Part shown: in pieces, positions 37,202 through 47,906 of the stretch
Layout: each line of letters starts with the position of its first letter
Numbering within the stretch: position 1 is the first letter of the stretch
NCBI GenBank assembly: GCA_028713675.1
Contig: JAQTNV010000011.1
Location: 4,411 to 68,410, forward strand
Length of the DNA: 64,000 nt
Reading direction: 5' to 3'
From: a bacterium
Lineage (GTDB): Bacteria; Desulfobacterota; JAPLJL01
Program-made: the position numbers and the translations under genes
The notes under the pieces: generated by a model
Told to the model about the DNA's origin: nothing
The model's database searches: none
The model's input: the letters and a program-made list of their open reading frames with translations, nothing else

Positions 37202-37264
37202 GATCTTCTCCTTTGATAATAACCTTTCTCGCGTTTCTCGCCTTTCCCGCCTTTCTCGCTTTTA

Positions 37265-38944
37265 TTACTTTACCGACCATATAACATATCCATAGGCCGG
37301 GAGGGTAAGTGAGTAGGAAGTGGCATTCGCGGGGTTTAGTTTCGGGGGCATTTCGGAATAAAGTTCCGACTTGGCCGTGCTTGTTACATATTTCGACAGG
37401 TCCAGCATCACATTTTGGGATTGTTCGGAGAAATTCAACGCCACAATCGCCTTCCCTTTTTCACCCACCCGGGCATAAACCAGTAGGCCCGGGCCCGCTC
37501 CGGTCGCTGAAATCGCTTCAAACGTGCCCGTTCCGAACAAATCCAGTTTGTTGTGAAGGGAAATCAGCTTCCGGTACAGGTTCAGGAACGATTCGGGATC
37601 ATCTTCCTCGGATGCCACGTTGGCCGTATCGGACCCGGGAGAAGGATCGAGCCAAGGTGTCCCGGTGGTGAAACCGACCCCGGGGCCGGACGTCCAGGGC
37701 ATGGGTGTCCGGAACTGGTCCCGGACATCCACGATCTCGTCGGTTCCGTTGGCCAGGCCGACCTCGTCGCCGTAATAGACGAAGGGTGTGCCGGGAAGCG
37801 AGAACAGCATCACCGCGGCCAGGGTTGCCCGGCGCGGGTCGTTGTTGGCGCGCCCCATCACCCGGCCGAAATCGTGGTTGGAAAGAAAGATGCCGTACTG
37901 GGCGTTCGGTGGGAGGGGGGCGGAGCTTTCCTGGATCGCGGTGGGGACCAACTCTGCGCCGTTGGAGAGCACCGTGCCCTGGAACGCCAGCGTGAGCGTC
38001 AGGCTGAAAGTCTCGTGGAAACCATTGGAACCGTTTCCGAAGTAGTTTGCCGTCGTGACCGGGTCAGCCCAGATCTCGGCGACCGAAGCGCGGTCCGGGT
38101 ATTCGTCCAGGACGGTCCTGATCCGTTTGACATACTCATAGACCAGCGGGTGGTCCAGGCAAATAAAATCTGGCGCCGGGTTGCTTGTCCCCTCGTCCTC
38201 GAACATCGTGTCGATGGCGTCGAACCGGAAACCGTCCACCCCACGGTCAAGCCAGAAGCGCAGGACATCGAGCATCGCCTCCTGGACTTCGGGATTACGG
38301 TAATTGAGATCGGGTTGTTCGGGGTAGAAATGATGGAAGTAATACTCCCCGGTCGTGGCATCATAGGTCCAGGCGCTTTCTCCGAAAGGCGGGCTCGGGA
38401 CGCAGGGGATGTTTGGGACCGCGGCCCAGACATACCAGTCGCGCTTCGGGTTTGTCTTGCTGGAGCGTGATTCCTTGAACCAGGCGTGTTCGATCGAGGT
38501 ATGGTTCATTACCATATCGGTAAAAACCCGGAGGCCCCGCTGGTGAGCTTCCGCCAGTAACTCGTCGAAATCCGCCAGCGTGCCGTAATCGGGGTTGATC
38601 GCCGTGTAATCGGCAACATCGTAACCGGAGTCGAAATAGGGGGTGGGATAGAACGGCGAGATCCATATCCCACCGATTCCGAGGGATTGGATGTAATCGA
38701 GTTTCCGGGTGATCCCCGGGAGGTCGCCGATGCCGTCGCCGTTGGTATCGAGAAAGCTCCGGACCCAGATGTGGTAAAAGACAACATGCTTGTACCAGTT
38801 CGGCCCATTGAAGTCGGGCTTGACCAGCTTATCTTTTGAACCGGAAGAACAGGCGAAGGCAATGAAAACCGACAGAAATAAAGCAATCGTTGTTAATATG
38901 GTCCGGGGACGACTCGGTCCTGGTTTTAGCACTGGGTATTTCAA
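37265..38944 (-). CDS. GH13 alpha-amylase-family alpha-glucosidase (lipoprotein)
   Basis: It has GH13 regions I-IV (DGIGDLPGI, GIWISPFY, DMVMNH, GFRFDAID). A lipobox (FIAFAC) is present. Confidence 0.85.
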   Translation of the reverse strand: MKYPVLKPGPSRPRTILTTIALFLSVFIAFACSSGSKDKLVKPDFNGPNWYKHVVFYHIWVRSFLDTNGDGIGDLPGITRKLDYIQSLGIGGIWISPFYPTPYFDSGYDVADYTAINPDYGTLADFDELLAEAHQRGLRVFTDMVMNHTSIEHAWFKESRSSKTNPKRDWYVWAAVPNIPCVPSPPFGESAWTYDATTGEYYFHHFYPEQPDLNYRNPEVQEAMLDVLRFWLDRGVDGFRFDAIDTMFEDEGTSNPAPDFICLDHPLVYEYVKRIRTVLDEYPDRASVAEIWADPVTTANYFGNGSNGFHETFSLTLTLAFQGTVLSNGAELVPTAIQESSAPLPPNAQYGIFLSNHDFGRVMGRANNDPRRATLAAVMLFSLPGTPFVYYGDEVGLANGTDEIVDVRDQFRTPMPWTSGPGVGFTTGTPWLDPSPGSDTANVASEEDDPESFLNLYRKLISLHNKLDLFGTGTFEAISATGAGPGLLVYARVGEKGKAIVALNFSEQSQNVMLDLSKYVTSTAKSELYSEMPPKLNPANATSYSLTLPAYGYVIWSVK

Positions 38945-39664
38945 CTAAAATGCATAGCCGACATTTAATCGACACTCACCTTTATTAATCGACGGAAGAA
39001 TAAACACCTTCTGCATCCCTATTTTTTTATTATATCGACCAGCCGCCAGAGGAGCATCAATCATTTCGTATGAATAAATTGTTCCCAACCCGACAAATCC
39101 TATAATCATCATGAGTTTATATTTAAATGATTTATCATAACGATTATTACAATGTTCTGATTCATAATCACCAATACACGAAATACCTTCGCCAACGTCA
39201 TAAAATAACATTCCATACATAATTATAGAAGGAACTGCCCAAGAAGCAGCCTTAGCTCCCACCAACCCCCAGGTTTTACCCGGATGGTCCCTGACATAAT
39301 AATGATTAGGAATGGTCAGATAAGTTAAAGGCGCGAAAATTGTTAACGAAGAAATATACCAGAATCTGGCCAGATCACTGCCAACATTTTCCTGGAACCC
39401 TGTTCTTTCCAACCCCCATGTTAACAACCCGCTCACAATCGCCGGCATGATTGCCAGGCCAAAGGCTATTTCTGGTGACTTTGGTTTATCAATTATATTG
39501 GTATCACCAGGAATGGATGTAATCCCGCTCGAATAAGTTTCCCCGTTACCGGCCGCCAATCTCAGCTCATTGGGGAGCAAGCTATATCCATATGAATTAC
39601 CGGAATAAATTAAGAGTATCGTGCAGAAAATAAAAAAGGACTTTTCTCTCATTATATTAAGCAT
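38945..39664 (-). CDS. hypothetical polytopic membrane protein in low-GC island
   Basis: It has 4-5 TM helices and an AGGA SD before the ATG at 39664. GC is about 38%. Confidence 0.4.
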   Translation of the reverse strand: MLNIMREKSFFIFCTILLIYSGNSYGYSLLPNELRLAAGNGETYSSGITSIPGDTNIIDKPKSPEIAFGLAIMPAIVSGLLTWGLERTGFQENVGSDLARFWYISSLTIFAPLTYLTIPNHYYVRDHPGKTWGLVGAKAASWAVPSIIMYGMLFYDVGEGISCIGDYESEHCNNRYDKSFKYKLMMIIGFVGLGTIYSYEMIDAPLAAGRYNKKIGMQKVFILPSINKGECRLNVGYAF

Positions 39665-39693
39665 TTGAAATCCTGATTTGTTCAGCGCGGGAT

Positions 39694-39753
39694 AAACTCT
39701 AGCAGGAATCCAGATTGAAAATACTGGATTCCGGGTCAAGCCCGGAATGACAA
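39694..39753. repeat. MITE-like element copy C (left end degenerate)
   Basis: GCAGGAATCCAGATTGAAAATACTGGATTCCGGGTCAAGCCCGGAATGAC, with compensatory changes in the right hairpin. Confidence 0.55.
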
Positions 39754-39846
39754 TCAAAACAAATGAAATCTTTGCTTACCACACAATGAAAATACTTTTT
39801 CTTTAATATTTTAATTGCTTTCTGGGAAGTTTCCGTCAGAAAGACT

Positions 39847-40092
39847 TTATAACTCATCCCAAACCTCTTTCCATCCCTTAACTTTTCCTTCCCGGATTTC
39901 TTTCAAGCCCCGGCTGACGATTTTTTTGAATTCCTTGGACCGGGAAAGAATTTTCGCTTCCCGTTGATCCGCCAACTCGGAAAGAAGAGATAATAATTTC
40001 TTGTATTCTTCCACCGGAAGAATCACCGCCTTGGGCTTGCCTTTATCGTCGATAATGTACTGCGCAGCTTCTTCTTTGATTAAATATTTCAT
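39847..40092 (-). CDS. Phd/YefM-like type II antitoxin candidate (orphan)
   Basis: A GGAGGG SD precedes it. The KAVILPVEEYKKL block resembles the Phd/YefM core. No toxin ORF is downstream. Confidence 0.4.
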   Translation of the reverse strand: MKYLIKEEAAQYIIDDKGKPKAVILPVEEYKKLLSLLSELADQREAKILSRSKEFKKIVSRGLKEIREGKVKGWKEVWDEL

Positions 40093-40290
40093 CCTTTTCC
40101 CTCCAAATTCAAAGACATTATATATATAAAATATCTTCGGCCGGAAAATATAGATTGTCAAATTTGGGCAGAGGGACGGTAGACCACGGATGTTATATCG
40201 GGAAATAGCGAGATCCTTCGCTCCGCTCAGGATGACAGAAAAAAATGATCAGAATAACAGAAAAAATGATCAGAATGACAATCTAAATAA

Positions 40291-41082
40291 TTATTTTTCG
40301 AGGGCGCGGTGGACGGAAGACCAGCTTTTCGGGTCGATCAGGTAGCTCAGGTGGGTAAAGGGTGAGGCATCGACCTGCTCGGCCCCTTCCAGGACGGCGG
40401 ACTCGGGCGGGATGATCATCAGATCATTCCTGCTCCAGAATGTTACAACCCTGATACCACTTGGGATTTTCCCGCGGTTTATCTTTTTGATGAGCTCGCT
40501 GTCCGGTCTTAAGCCCCTGGTCAGCTTGGTTCCGGCATAACGCGCCGAGTAAGTTCCCTGATGCGGGGCGCCGAGGGTTATCAGCGTGTTAACGGAACTC
40601 CCCAGCCGGTGCCCGGTGATCGCCATCCGGGCAATCAGGCCGCCCATGCTATGGGCCACGATTTCGACTTTTTTCTCCCCCGTGACCTTTTTCAGCTCCC
40701 GGATGAACCGGGCCAGGGCCTCGGCCATCTGCTCCATGGAGTGATTGGGGTTGAACTGGACCCGGTAGCTGCGTTTCCGGCCCATGAGCCACATATACCA
40801 CGACATCGGGAGGAAATTCCCCCGGTTCCCTCCCAGCCCGTGGACAAAAACCAGGGGAAAATAACCGTCGGGTTCCAGGGGTTCGATCTTCTGGGTCTTT
40901 GAGGTGAGGAGCGAGTAAGAAAGGAGCGGCAGCTGCAGCAGGTGGCGGGCCACGTCCGGGTCGAATTTATTGTAAAGATCCTTCACCTGCCAGGCCAGGA
41001 ACTTCCCGCCCACCACGACGGCGCTCACCGTGATTTTCAGGGCGTCTTTAATCGCGTCGGATTTTTTGTTTTTTGTGGGCAT
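40291..41082 (-). CDS. alpha/beta hydrolase (lipase/esterase-like)
   Basis: It has an oxyanion-hole region (VFVHGLGGN) and the nucleophile elbow AHSMGG. Confidence 0.7.
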   Translation of the reverse strand: MPTKNKKSDAIKDALKITVSAVVVGGKFLAWQVKDLYNKFDPDVARHLLQLPLLSYSLLTSKTQKIEPLEPDGYFPLVFVHGLGGNRGNFLPMSWYMWLMGRKRSYRVQFNPNHSMEQMAEALARFIRELKKVTGEKKVEIVAHSMGGLIARMAITGHRLGSSVNTLITLGAPHQGTYSARYAGTKLTRGLRPDSELIKKINRGKIPSGIRVVTFWSRNDLMIIPPESAVLEGAEQVDASPFTHLSYLIDPKSWSSVHRALEK

Positions 41083-41247
41083 AAGACAAATAACGACTCT
41101 CCCCCAACCCCTCCCTTACCAGGGAGGGGGAAACATTTGTGATTTTCAAAATCTTAACACCCCTCTTTATCAAAGAGGGGAAAGGGGAGATTGATTAAAC
41201 TGCTTAGCCGCCCGATAAATCGGGTAACTACAAAAAGGATAGCATAA

Positions 41248-41284
41248 CTGGATTCCGGCTTCCGCCGGAATGACGGAATACGCT
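41248..41284. repeat. MITE-like element copy D (right half only)
   Basis: CTGGATTCCGGCTTCCGCCGGAATGACGGAATACGC. Confidence 0.5.
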
Positions 41285-41292
41285 TTAAATAA

Positions 41293-41315
41293 CGCAACCT
41301 AAAGGTTGCGGCTAC
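41293..41315 (-). repeat. post-stop hairpin motif (copy 3)
   Basis: The minus strand reads GTAGCCGCAACCTTTAGGTTGCG, about 22 nt after the GGDEF gene stop. Confidence 0.55.
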
Positions 41316-41336
41316 CAAATACAAGCTGACAGCCGA

Positions 41337-42863
41337 TCAAACTGTGAGCCGGTGCTGGCCCGTGCCGTCCTCGGCCTTGTCCTCCCGCCGGGCCCCCTCC
41401 ACCCGGTTCCGGCCCTGGTTCTTGGCCCGGTAAAGGGCGAGATCGGCGGCGTGGATCAGCCGGGCCGCGTTGTCTCCGTCCTCGGGATAGCAGCTGAAGC
41501 CGATGCTCACGGTCAGTTTTCCTCCCGGCTGGTTTTCCTCCAGGGGAAAAGCGTAAGTCTCCACTTCCTTGCGGATCTTCTCGGCCACCACCTCCGCCCC
41601 AGCCTTGCTCGTACGGGGCAGAACCGCCAGGAATTCCTCGCCCCCGAAGCGGCCCACGGTATCTATCTCCCGGACGTTCTCCGTGAAGATCTGGGCAAGT
41701 CTTTTCAGAATCTCGTCGCCGGCCAGGTGCCCGTTCCGGTCGTTGTAATGCTTGAAATGATCGATATCGATAATCATGAGGGCCAGCTCGTGGTTGAAGC
41801 GCTCGGCCCGTTTCCACTCCTTCTCAAAAACCTCGAGGAAATGGCGGCGGTTCCAGAGCTGGGTCAGGTCATCCAGCACCGAAAGCCGCTGGACCTTCTC
41901 AAAGAGCCGGGCTTTTTCCACGGCCGCCGCGGCCTGGTTGGCCACGGTGGTCAAAAGCCGCATCTCCGGAACGCTGAAACCGTCCACCTGCGGGCGGAAA
42001 AAATTGAAAACCCCCTGGACCTTTCCCCGGCTTTTCCCCGGGACGGAAAGGAAGGAGCCGTCCTCCGGTTTCTGGCCCTTGTAGTGCAGGTAACGCTCGT
42101 CCTTGCTCGTGTCCCGGATCAGGATCCGCTTCCCGGTTTTCGCCACCACCCCGCTCACCCCTTCCCCCAGCGTGAACCGCATCCCCTCCAGCCGGGCGGA
42201 ACGGGGGATCCCGAAAGTGGCCTTGATCGTGAGGCCCTCGCCGTCCTCGTCCGTCAGCAGCACCACGAATTCCTTGTAGCCCATGGTTTTGCCGACCACG
42301 TTGGTAATGCTCTTCAGGATCTCGTCCAGGCTCAGGCCCGAGTTGACCGTCTGGCTGATCTCGTTCAGGAGGTAAAGCTCCCGGAGCCGGTCGGCCAGTT
42401 CCTGGCTGGTCTTCTCCGCCAGGGCGCTCTTGTCCGCCAGGCCGACCCGGAGCTCGTGCTCCCGCTTTTCCACCTCCTGGATCTGCTCCCAGTCGGCTTC
42501 CCTGGCCTTGAGCTCGGTCATCTCCCGGAAAACCCGGTTGAAGGCCTGGCGGATCCGGTCGAGGCCGTCGTCCTTCCGCTCTTCGAGGCGGGGAAGGAAA
42601 TCGGATTCGATCACGTGATTGATCTCCTGGTCCAATTCCTTGACCGGGATCTGGAAAAAACGGCGGATCAGGAAATAAACGACGAATCCGAGAATCAGGG
42701 ACGTGAAAAAGGAGAAGATACCGAAGAGGATGACCCGCTCGTGGATCCGGGGCACCAGGATCCCGGAAAGCCAAAGGAAGGAAAGCCAGCCGATCGCCGA
42801 GAAGAAAGCGATGAAAAAGGCGCGGCGCCTGTCCTCCCTGCTGATGATCCGGGTGGGTCTCAT
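41337..42863 (-). CDS. sensor diguanylate cyclase (2 TM + HAMP-like region, GAF domain, GGDEF domain)
   Basis: It has the RFGGEEF active-site motif. A GAF-like region and N-terminal TM helices are present. Confidence 0.85.
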   Translation of the reverse strand: MRPTRIISREDRRRAFFIAFFSAIGWLSFLWLSGILVPRIHERVILFGIFSFFTSLILGFVVYFLIRRFFQIPVKELDQEINHVIESDFLPRLEERKDDGLDRIRQAFNRVFREMTELKAREADWEQIQEVEKREHELRVGLADKSALAEKTSQELADRLRELYLLNEISQTVNSGLSLDEILKSITNVVGKTMGYKEFVVLLTDEDGEGLTIKATFGIPRSARLEGMRFTLGEGVSGVVAKTGKRILIRDTSKDERYLHYKGQKPEDGSFLSVPGKSRGKVQGVFNFFRPQVDGFSVPEMRLLTTVANQAAAAVEKARLFEKVQRLSVLDDLTQLWNRRHFLEVFEKEWKRAERFNHELALMIIDIDHFKHYNDRNGHLAGDEILKRLAQIFTENVREIDTVGRFGGEEFLAVLPRTSKAGAEVVAEKIRKEVETYAFPLEENQPGGKLTVSIGFSCYPEDGDNAARLIHAADLALYRAKNQGRNRVEGARREDKAEDGTGQHRLTV

Positions 42864-43082
42864 GAATCAAACACCAATTACCACATTCCAAAAGCCATTT
42901 ATATGGCCCCCTCTCCCCGCCCTCCCCCTCGAGGGGGGAGGGATAGGGTGAGGGTGAATAAATTAATTTAGGCAGTTATGATTGCCAATCTTGTTTTATT
43001 TTGCTTGGTCATGGCCTGACTTGCAGGACCTGAGCGGAGCGAAAAAGGTGCTTGGTTATCAGAATCTGCCGGTGACACCGTC

Positions 43083-44279
43083 TTAGCTCAGTTTTTTCAA
43101 CGCGGCTTCGATCCGGTTCATGCCTTCCTCGATCAGTTTCATCGAGGTGGCGTAGGAAAGCCGGATATGCTGGTCCGAACCGAACTCCACCCCGGCCACC
43201 ACCGCCACGTGGGCCTTTTCCAGAAGATAGGTGGCGAGGTCGTTGGAGCCCAGGATTTTCTTCCCCTGGTCGGACTTGCCGAAGAGGGCCGCCACGTTGG
43301 GGAAAGCGTAGAAAGCGCCCTGGGGCTTCCGGCAGGTCACTCCCGGCATCGCGTTGAGCCGGCCCACGATGTAATCGCGGCGGCGGGAGAACTCCTCCCG
43401 CATTTTCCCGATGAAATCCTGCGGGCCCGTCAGGGCCTCCACGGCGCCTTTCTGGGCAAAAGAGGTGGGGTTCGAAGTGGATTGGCCCTGGATGTTGTTC
43501 ATGGCGGCGATAATCTCGGACGGTCCGGCGGCGTACCCGATCCGCCAGCCGGTCATCGAGTAGCTCTTGGAAACCCCGTCCACGATCACCGCGCTCTTCC
43601 GGATTTTTTCCGAGAGGGAGCCGGTCGAAACAAAATGGAAGCCGTCGTAAACCAGTTTCCCGTAGATCTCGTCGGAAACGATCAGGAGGCCGGCCTCGAC
43701 CGCCAGCTCGGCCAGGGCCCGGAGCTCTTTTTCCTCGTAGGCCGCGCCGGTGGGATTGGAAGGGCTGTTGATGATGAGAAGGCGGGTTTTCTTCGTGATC
43801 CGGCCTTTCAGATCCTTCGGGCTGATCCGGAAATTATCCTTTTCCGCGCCCGGGATCAGGACCGGGACGGCGTCGGCCAGCTGAACCATGTCCGGGTAGG
43901 AAACCCAGCAGGGCGAGGGAATGAGGGCCTCGTCCCCCGGGTTCAGCACGGCCATGAAAAGGTTGTAAAGCGAATGCTTGGCCCCGCAGGAAACGATGAT
44001 TTGTTTCCGGTCATAGGAGATCCCGCTGTCCTGCCGGAACCGCTCAATGATGGCGTCTTTAAGCGCGTCTATTCCACCCACGGGGGTGTACTTGGTGAAT
44101 CCCTCGCGCAGGGCCTTGCAGGCGGCTTCCTTGATCGGGTCAGGGGTATCGAAGTCCGGTTCCCCGGCCCCGAAACCGATCACGTCCACGCCCTGGGCCT
44201 TGAGCGCGTTGGCCCGGGCGGTCACCGCCAGGGTGGCGGAAGGCCTGATTCTTTTCGCCCGTTCAGCCAGCCAGTCCAT
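43083..44279 (-). CDS. pyridoxal phosphate-dependent aminotransferase (class I, aspartate aminotransferase-like)
   Basis: It has the SKSYSMTGWRIGY PLP-lysine region and a full-length AAT_I fold. Confidence 0.85.
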   Translation of the reverse strand: MDWLAERAKRIRPSATLAVTARANALKAQGVDVIGFGAGEPDFDTPDPIKEAACKALREGFTKYTPVGGIDALKDAIIERFRQDSGISYDRKQIIVSCGAKHSLYNLFMAVLNPGDEALIPSPCWVSYPDMVQLADAVPVLIPGAEKDNFRISPKDLKGRITKKTRLLIINSPSNPTGAAYEEKELRALAELAVEAGLLIVSDEIYGKLVYDGFHFVSTGSLSEKIRKSAVIVDGVSKSYSMTGWRIGYAAGPSEIIAAMNNIQGQSTSNPTSFAQKGAVEALTGPQDFIGKMREEFSRRRDYIVGRLNAMPGVTCRKPQGAFYAFPNVAALFGKSDQGKKILGSNDLATYLLEKAHVAVVAGVEFGSDQHIRLSYATSMKLIEEGMNRIEAALKKLS

Positions 44280-44280
44280 T

Positions 44281-44787
44281 TCAGCGTCCCCGCTTGACCG
44301 CCGCGCGCTCGGCCCGGAGTTTTTCCCGGAGTTTCTTCTCGACCAGGGGCGGGACCATTCCCCGCGCCGAGCCGCCCAGGGCCACGATTTCCTTGATAAT
44401 CGAGGAGCTGATGTAGGAATATTCTCCCTCGGTAATCATGAACAGGGTTTCCACCTCCTGGGCCAGTTTCTTGTTTCCCATCGCCATCTGGAATTCGTAC
44501 TCGAAATCCGAGAAGGTCCGGAGGCCCCGGAGAATGGTGCGGATGCCCCGCCGGGACATGTAGTTGACCAGGAGTCCCCGGAAAGAAACCACTTCCACCC
44601 CCTTGACCCCGCGGAAAAGCTCCTTGATGATGTCCGCCCTCTCGTCGATGGTGAAGGTGGTGTTCTTGGACATGTTCCCGGCCACCGCCACCACCACCCG
44701 GTCAAAAATCTTCCGGCCCCGGTTGATGATGTTGATGTGCCCGTAGGTGAGCGGGTCGAAAGAACCCGGATAAATCGCGCTTTTCAT
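44281..44787 (-). CDS. coaD: phosphopantetheine adenylyltransferase
   Basis: It starts MKSAIYPGSFDPLTYGH. It is adjacent to rsmD in the classic arrangement. An alternative start lies at 44811. Confidence 0.85.
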   Translation of the reverse strand: MKSAIYPGSFDPLTYGHINIINRGRKIFDRVVVAVAGNMSKNTTFTIDERADIIKELFRGVKGVEVVSFRGLLVNYMSRRGIRTILRGLRTFSDFEYEFQMAMGNKKLAQEVETLFMITEGEYSYISSSIIKEIVALGGSARGMVPPLVEKKLREKLRAERAAVKRGR

Positions 44788-44813
44788 TTTTCGATTTTCT
44801 TTTTCGCTCATTA

Positions 44814-45404
44814 TTAATTGCTCCGGTTGAATTCGGAAATCATTTTCGATCCATATCGCTTTTCCCACCCGCGCTCCAGAGAACCATAGCGCGGCTGGAT
44901 TTTTTCCCTGGCTCCGTGTTCAAAAATTACTATCCCCTCCGACCTCAAAATAACCGAACGGGAAAGCCAAGTCAAAACCGGCCCGGCGAGATCCTGCTCG
45001 TAGGGCGGGTCCAGGAAAACCAGGTCGAATCTCCCCTCCTCCCGTTCGAGTTTCCGGAGGGCCCGGACCACTTCCAGGACCAGGACCCGGGCACGCCCGG
45101 AAAGCCCGAGAATCTCCAGGTTCCCCCGGATGATCCGGGCCGCCCGGGGGTCGGCTTCCACAAACACCGCCTCCCGCGCCCCCCGGGAGAGGGCCTCGAT
45201 CCCCAGGCTCCCCACCCCCGCGAAAAGATCCAGGACCGTTTTATCTTCCACCGTCCGGCCCAGAACCCCGAAGAGCGATTCCCGCACGTTGTCCCCGGTC
45301 GGCCGGACCGGCAATTTCCCGGGTCCGGAAAACCTCCGCCCGGAAAGCTCGCCGCCGATCACCCGCATCCTTGTCGCTCCGCGCCAAACAAGTTCAACGC
45401 TCAA
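44814..45404 (-). CDS. rsmD: 16S rRNA (guanine966-N2)-methyltransferase RsmD
   Basis: It has LDLFAGVG...DPPY motifs and is about 190 aa. Confidence 0.8.
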   Translation of the reverse strand: MSVELVWRGATRMRVIGGELSGRRFSGPGKLPVRPTGDNVRESLFGVLGRTVEDKTVLDLFAGVGSLGIEALSRGAREAVFVEADPRAARIIRGNLEILGLSGRARVLVLEVVRALRKLEREEGRFDLVFLDPPYEQDLAGPVLTWLSRSVILRSEGIVIFEHGAREKIQPRYGSLERGWEKRYGSKMISEFNRSN

Positions 45405-45495
45405 AATCCAAATGACAAAGGAATGTCAAAATCCAAAGGTCCAAGAATCTTGAACTTGATTTGAACTTTGGATTTTGGACTTTGGATTTCTGCTA
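45405..45495. repeat. inverted GGATTTT/AAATCCA heptamer arrays
   Basis: AAATCCAAATGAC...AAATCCAAAGGTCCAAG pairs with TTGGATTTTGGACTTTGGATTT. Confidence 0.55.
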
Positions 45496-46749
45496 TGTTC
45501 CTTCCTCCCAGGCGGAAAGATACTTCTCCTGCGCCGGGGTCAGGCGGTCGATGTCGATCCCCATGGAGGCCAGCTTGGTCCGGGCGATTTCCCGGTCCAG
45601 GTCGGCGGGAACATTGTAGACCTGGGGCTTCAGACGGCCCCGGTTCTTGACCAGGTATTCCGCCGCCAGCGCCTGGTTGGCGAAGCTCATGTCCATCACC
45701 ATCGCCGGATGGCCCTCGGCCACCGCCAGGTTCACCAGCCGACCCTCCCCCAGGAGGTACACCCGCCGCCCGCCGGGGAGGGTGTATTCCTCGAGAAAGT
45801 CCCGGAGTTTGCGCTTCCGCTTGCTCATTTTTTCCAGCGCCGGGATGTCGATCTCGACGTTGAAGTGCCCGGAGTTGGCGATGATGGCCCCGTCCTTGAT
45901 CCGCTTGAAGTGCTCCGCCCCGATCACGGTGGTGTTGCCCGTGACGGTGCAGAAGATGTCCCCTTCTTGGGCCGCCTTGGTCAGGGGCATGACCCGGTAG
46001 CCGTCCATCACCGCCTCCAGGGCCCGGATGGGATTCACCTCGGTCACGATCACGTTCGCCCCCATCCCGCTGGCCCGCAGGGCCAGGCCTTTGCCGCACC
46101 ATCCGTAACCGCAGACCACGAAGGTGGAGCCGGCCAGGAGCCGGTTGGTGGCCCGGATGATCCCGTCGATGGTGGACTGCCCGGTCCCGTAGCGGTTGTC
46201 GAAAAAGTGCTTGGTCTCCGCTTCGTTCACGGCGATGATCGGAAAGAGAAGCGCCCGGTGCTCCGCCATCGCCTTGAGCCGGATCACCCCGGTCGTGGTT
46301 TCCTCCGTCCCCCCGATGATCCCCTTGATCAGGTCTTTCCGCTGGGAATGGATGGTGGAAACCAGGTCGGCCCCGTCGTCCATGGTCAGCACCGGCTTCG
46401 AATCGAGGACGGCGTTGATATGCTGGTAATAGGTCTTCCGGCCCTCCCCCTTGATCGCGAAGGTGGGAATCTTGAGCCGGCCGGCCATGAAGGCCGCCAC
46501 TTCGTCCTGGGTGGAGAGGGGGTTGGAGGCGCAGACGGAAACCTGCGCTCCGCCGGCCGCCAGGGTCCGGACCAGGACCGCGGTCTCGGTGGTGACATGC
46601 AGGCAGGCCCCGATCCTGATCCCCTTCAGGGGTTTCTCGACCTCGAACCTCTCTTTGATCAGGTTCAGGACCGGCATCGACTGGGAGGCCCACTCGACCT
46701 TCAGTTCCCCCCGGGGGGCTAATTTTTTATCCTTGATATCGCTTTTCAT
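45493..46749 (-). CDS. ahcY: adenosylhomocysteinase
   Basis: It matches SAH hydrolase over its full length, with an NAD-binding GYGWCGKG motif. Confidence 0.9.
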   Translation of the reverse strand: MKSDIKDKKLAPRGELKVEWASQSMPVLNLIKERFEVEKPLKGIRIGACLHVTTETAVLVRTLAAGGAQVSVCASNPLSTQDEVAAFMAGRLKIPTFAIKGEGRKTYYQHINAVLDSKPVLTMDDGADLVSTIHSQRKDLIKGIIGGTEETTTGVIRLKAMAEHRALLFPIIAVNEAETKHFFDNRYGTGQSTIDGIIRATNRLLAGSTFVVCGYGWCGKGLALRASGMGANVIVTEVNPIRALEAVMDGYRVMPLTKAAQEGDIFCTVTGNTTVIGAEHFKRIKDGAIIANSGHFNVEIDIPALEKMSKRKRKLRDFLEEYTLPGGRRVYLLGEGRLVNLAVAEGHPAMVMDMSFANQALAAEYLVKNRGRLKPQVYNVPADLDREIARTKLASMGIDIDRLTPAQEKYLSAWEEGT

Positions 46750-46751
46750 TT

Positions 46752-47906
46752 TTACCTCACCGCTTTCTGCAGCGCCTTGACCCGGTCGGTATGTTCCCAG
46801 GTAAATTCCGGCTCGGTCCGTCCGAAGTGTCCGTAGGCTGCGGTCGGCCGATAAATCGGCCGCAGGAGTTTGAGTTCCTTGATGATCTCGGCCGGCTTCA
46901 GCGAAAAAACCTGGTGGATGGCCGCTTCGATCTCGTTTTCCGGGATCTTCCCGGTCCCAAAGGTATTGGCGGAGACGTGGATGGGTTCCGCCCGCCCGAT
47001 GACGTAGGCGAACTGGACCTCGACCCGCTCGGCCAGGCCGGCGGCCACCACATTCTTGGCGATGTAGCGGGCCATATAGGAAGCGCTCCGGTCCACCTTG
47101 GAGGGATCCTTGCCCGAGAAGGCGCCGCCCCCGTGGTGGGCGTGTCCGCCGTAGGTGTCCACGATGATCTTGCGCCCGGTCAGCCCCGTGTCCCCATGAG
47201 GGCCGCCGACCACAAACCGCCCGGTGTGATTGATCAGAATCGGAATCTTGCTGTCCCAGAGGCTCGGAGGGATGACCTTCTTGACCACCTCCTCGATCAC
47301 TAATTCCTTGAGCACGTTGTTCTTCACTGTCGGGGTATGCTGGACCGCCATGACCACCGCTTCCATCTTGACCGGCTTCCCCTCCCGATAGCGGATGCTC
47401 ACCTGGGACTTGCCGTCGGGCCGGAGGAAATCCACCACCTTCCGCTTCCGCACCTGGGCCAAACGCCGAACCAGGCGGTGGGCCAACATGATCGGAAGAG
47501 GCATCAGTTCCGGGGTTTCCCGGCAGGCGAATCCGAACATCATCCCCTGGTCGCCGGCCCCCTGTTCCTTCCCGGCCTTGGTGTCCACCCCCTGGGCGAT
47601 ATCGGGCGACTGCCGCCCCAGGGTCCGGACCACCGCGCAGCTCTTATAGTCAAAACCGATTTCCGGATCGTCGTACCCGATTTCGCGGATGGTCTGACGC
47701 GCCACTTGATCGTAATCCGGCTCGCAGCGGGTCGTGACCTCGCCCGCCAGGACGACCAGCCCGGTGGTCACCAGGGTCTCGCAGGCCACCCGCGCGGTGG
47801 GGTCTTCCCGGAGAATCGCGTCTACGACCGCATCCGAGATCTGGTCGGAAACCTTATCCGGATGTCCTTCGGCCACTGATTCCGATGTGAGTATCGTGCT
47901 CCGCAT
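46752..47906 (-). CDS. metK: S-adenosylmethionine synthase
   Basis: It has an [14 protein letters not shown]-terminus and GGGAFSGKD. Confidence 0.9.
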   Translation of the reverse strand: MRSTILTSESVAEGHPDKVSDQISDAVVDAILREDPTARVACETLVTTGLVVLAGEVTTRCEPDYDQVARQTIREIGYDDPEIGFDYKSCAVVRTLGRQSPDIAQGVDTKAGKEQGAGDQGMMFGFACRETPELMPLPIMLAHRLVRRLAQVRKRKVVDFLRPDGKSQVSIRYREGKPVKMEAVVMAVQHTPTVKNNVLKELVIEEVVKKVIPPSLWDSKIPILINHTGRFVVGGPHGDTGLTGRKIIVDTYGGHAHHGGGAFSGKDPSKVDRSASYMARYIAKNVVAAGLAERVEVQFAYVIGRAEPIHVSANTFGTGKIPENEIEAAIHQVFSLKPAEIIKELKLLRPIYRPTAAYGHFGRTEPEFTWEHTDRVKALQKAVR

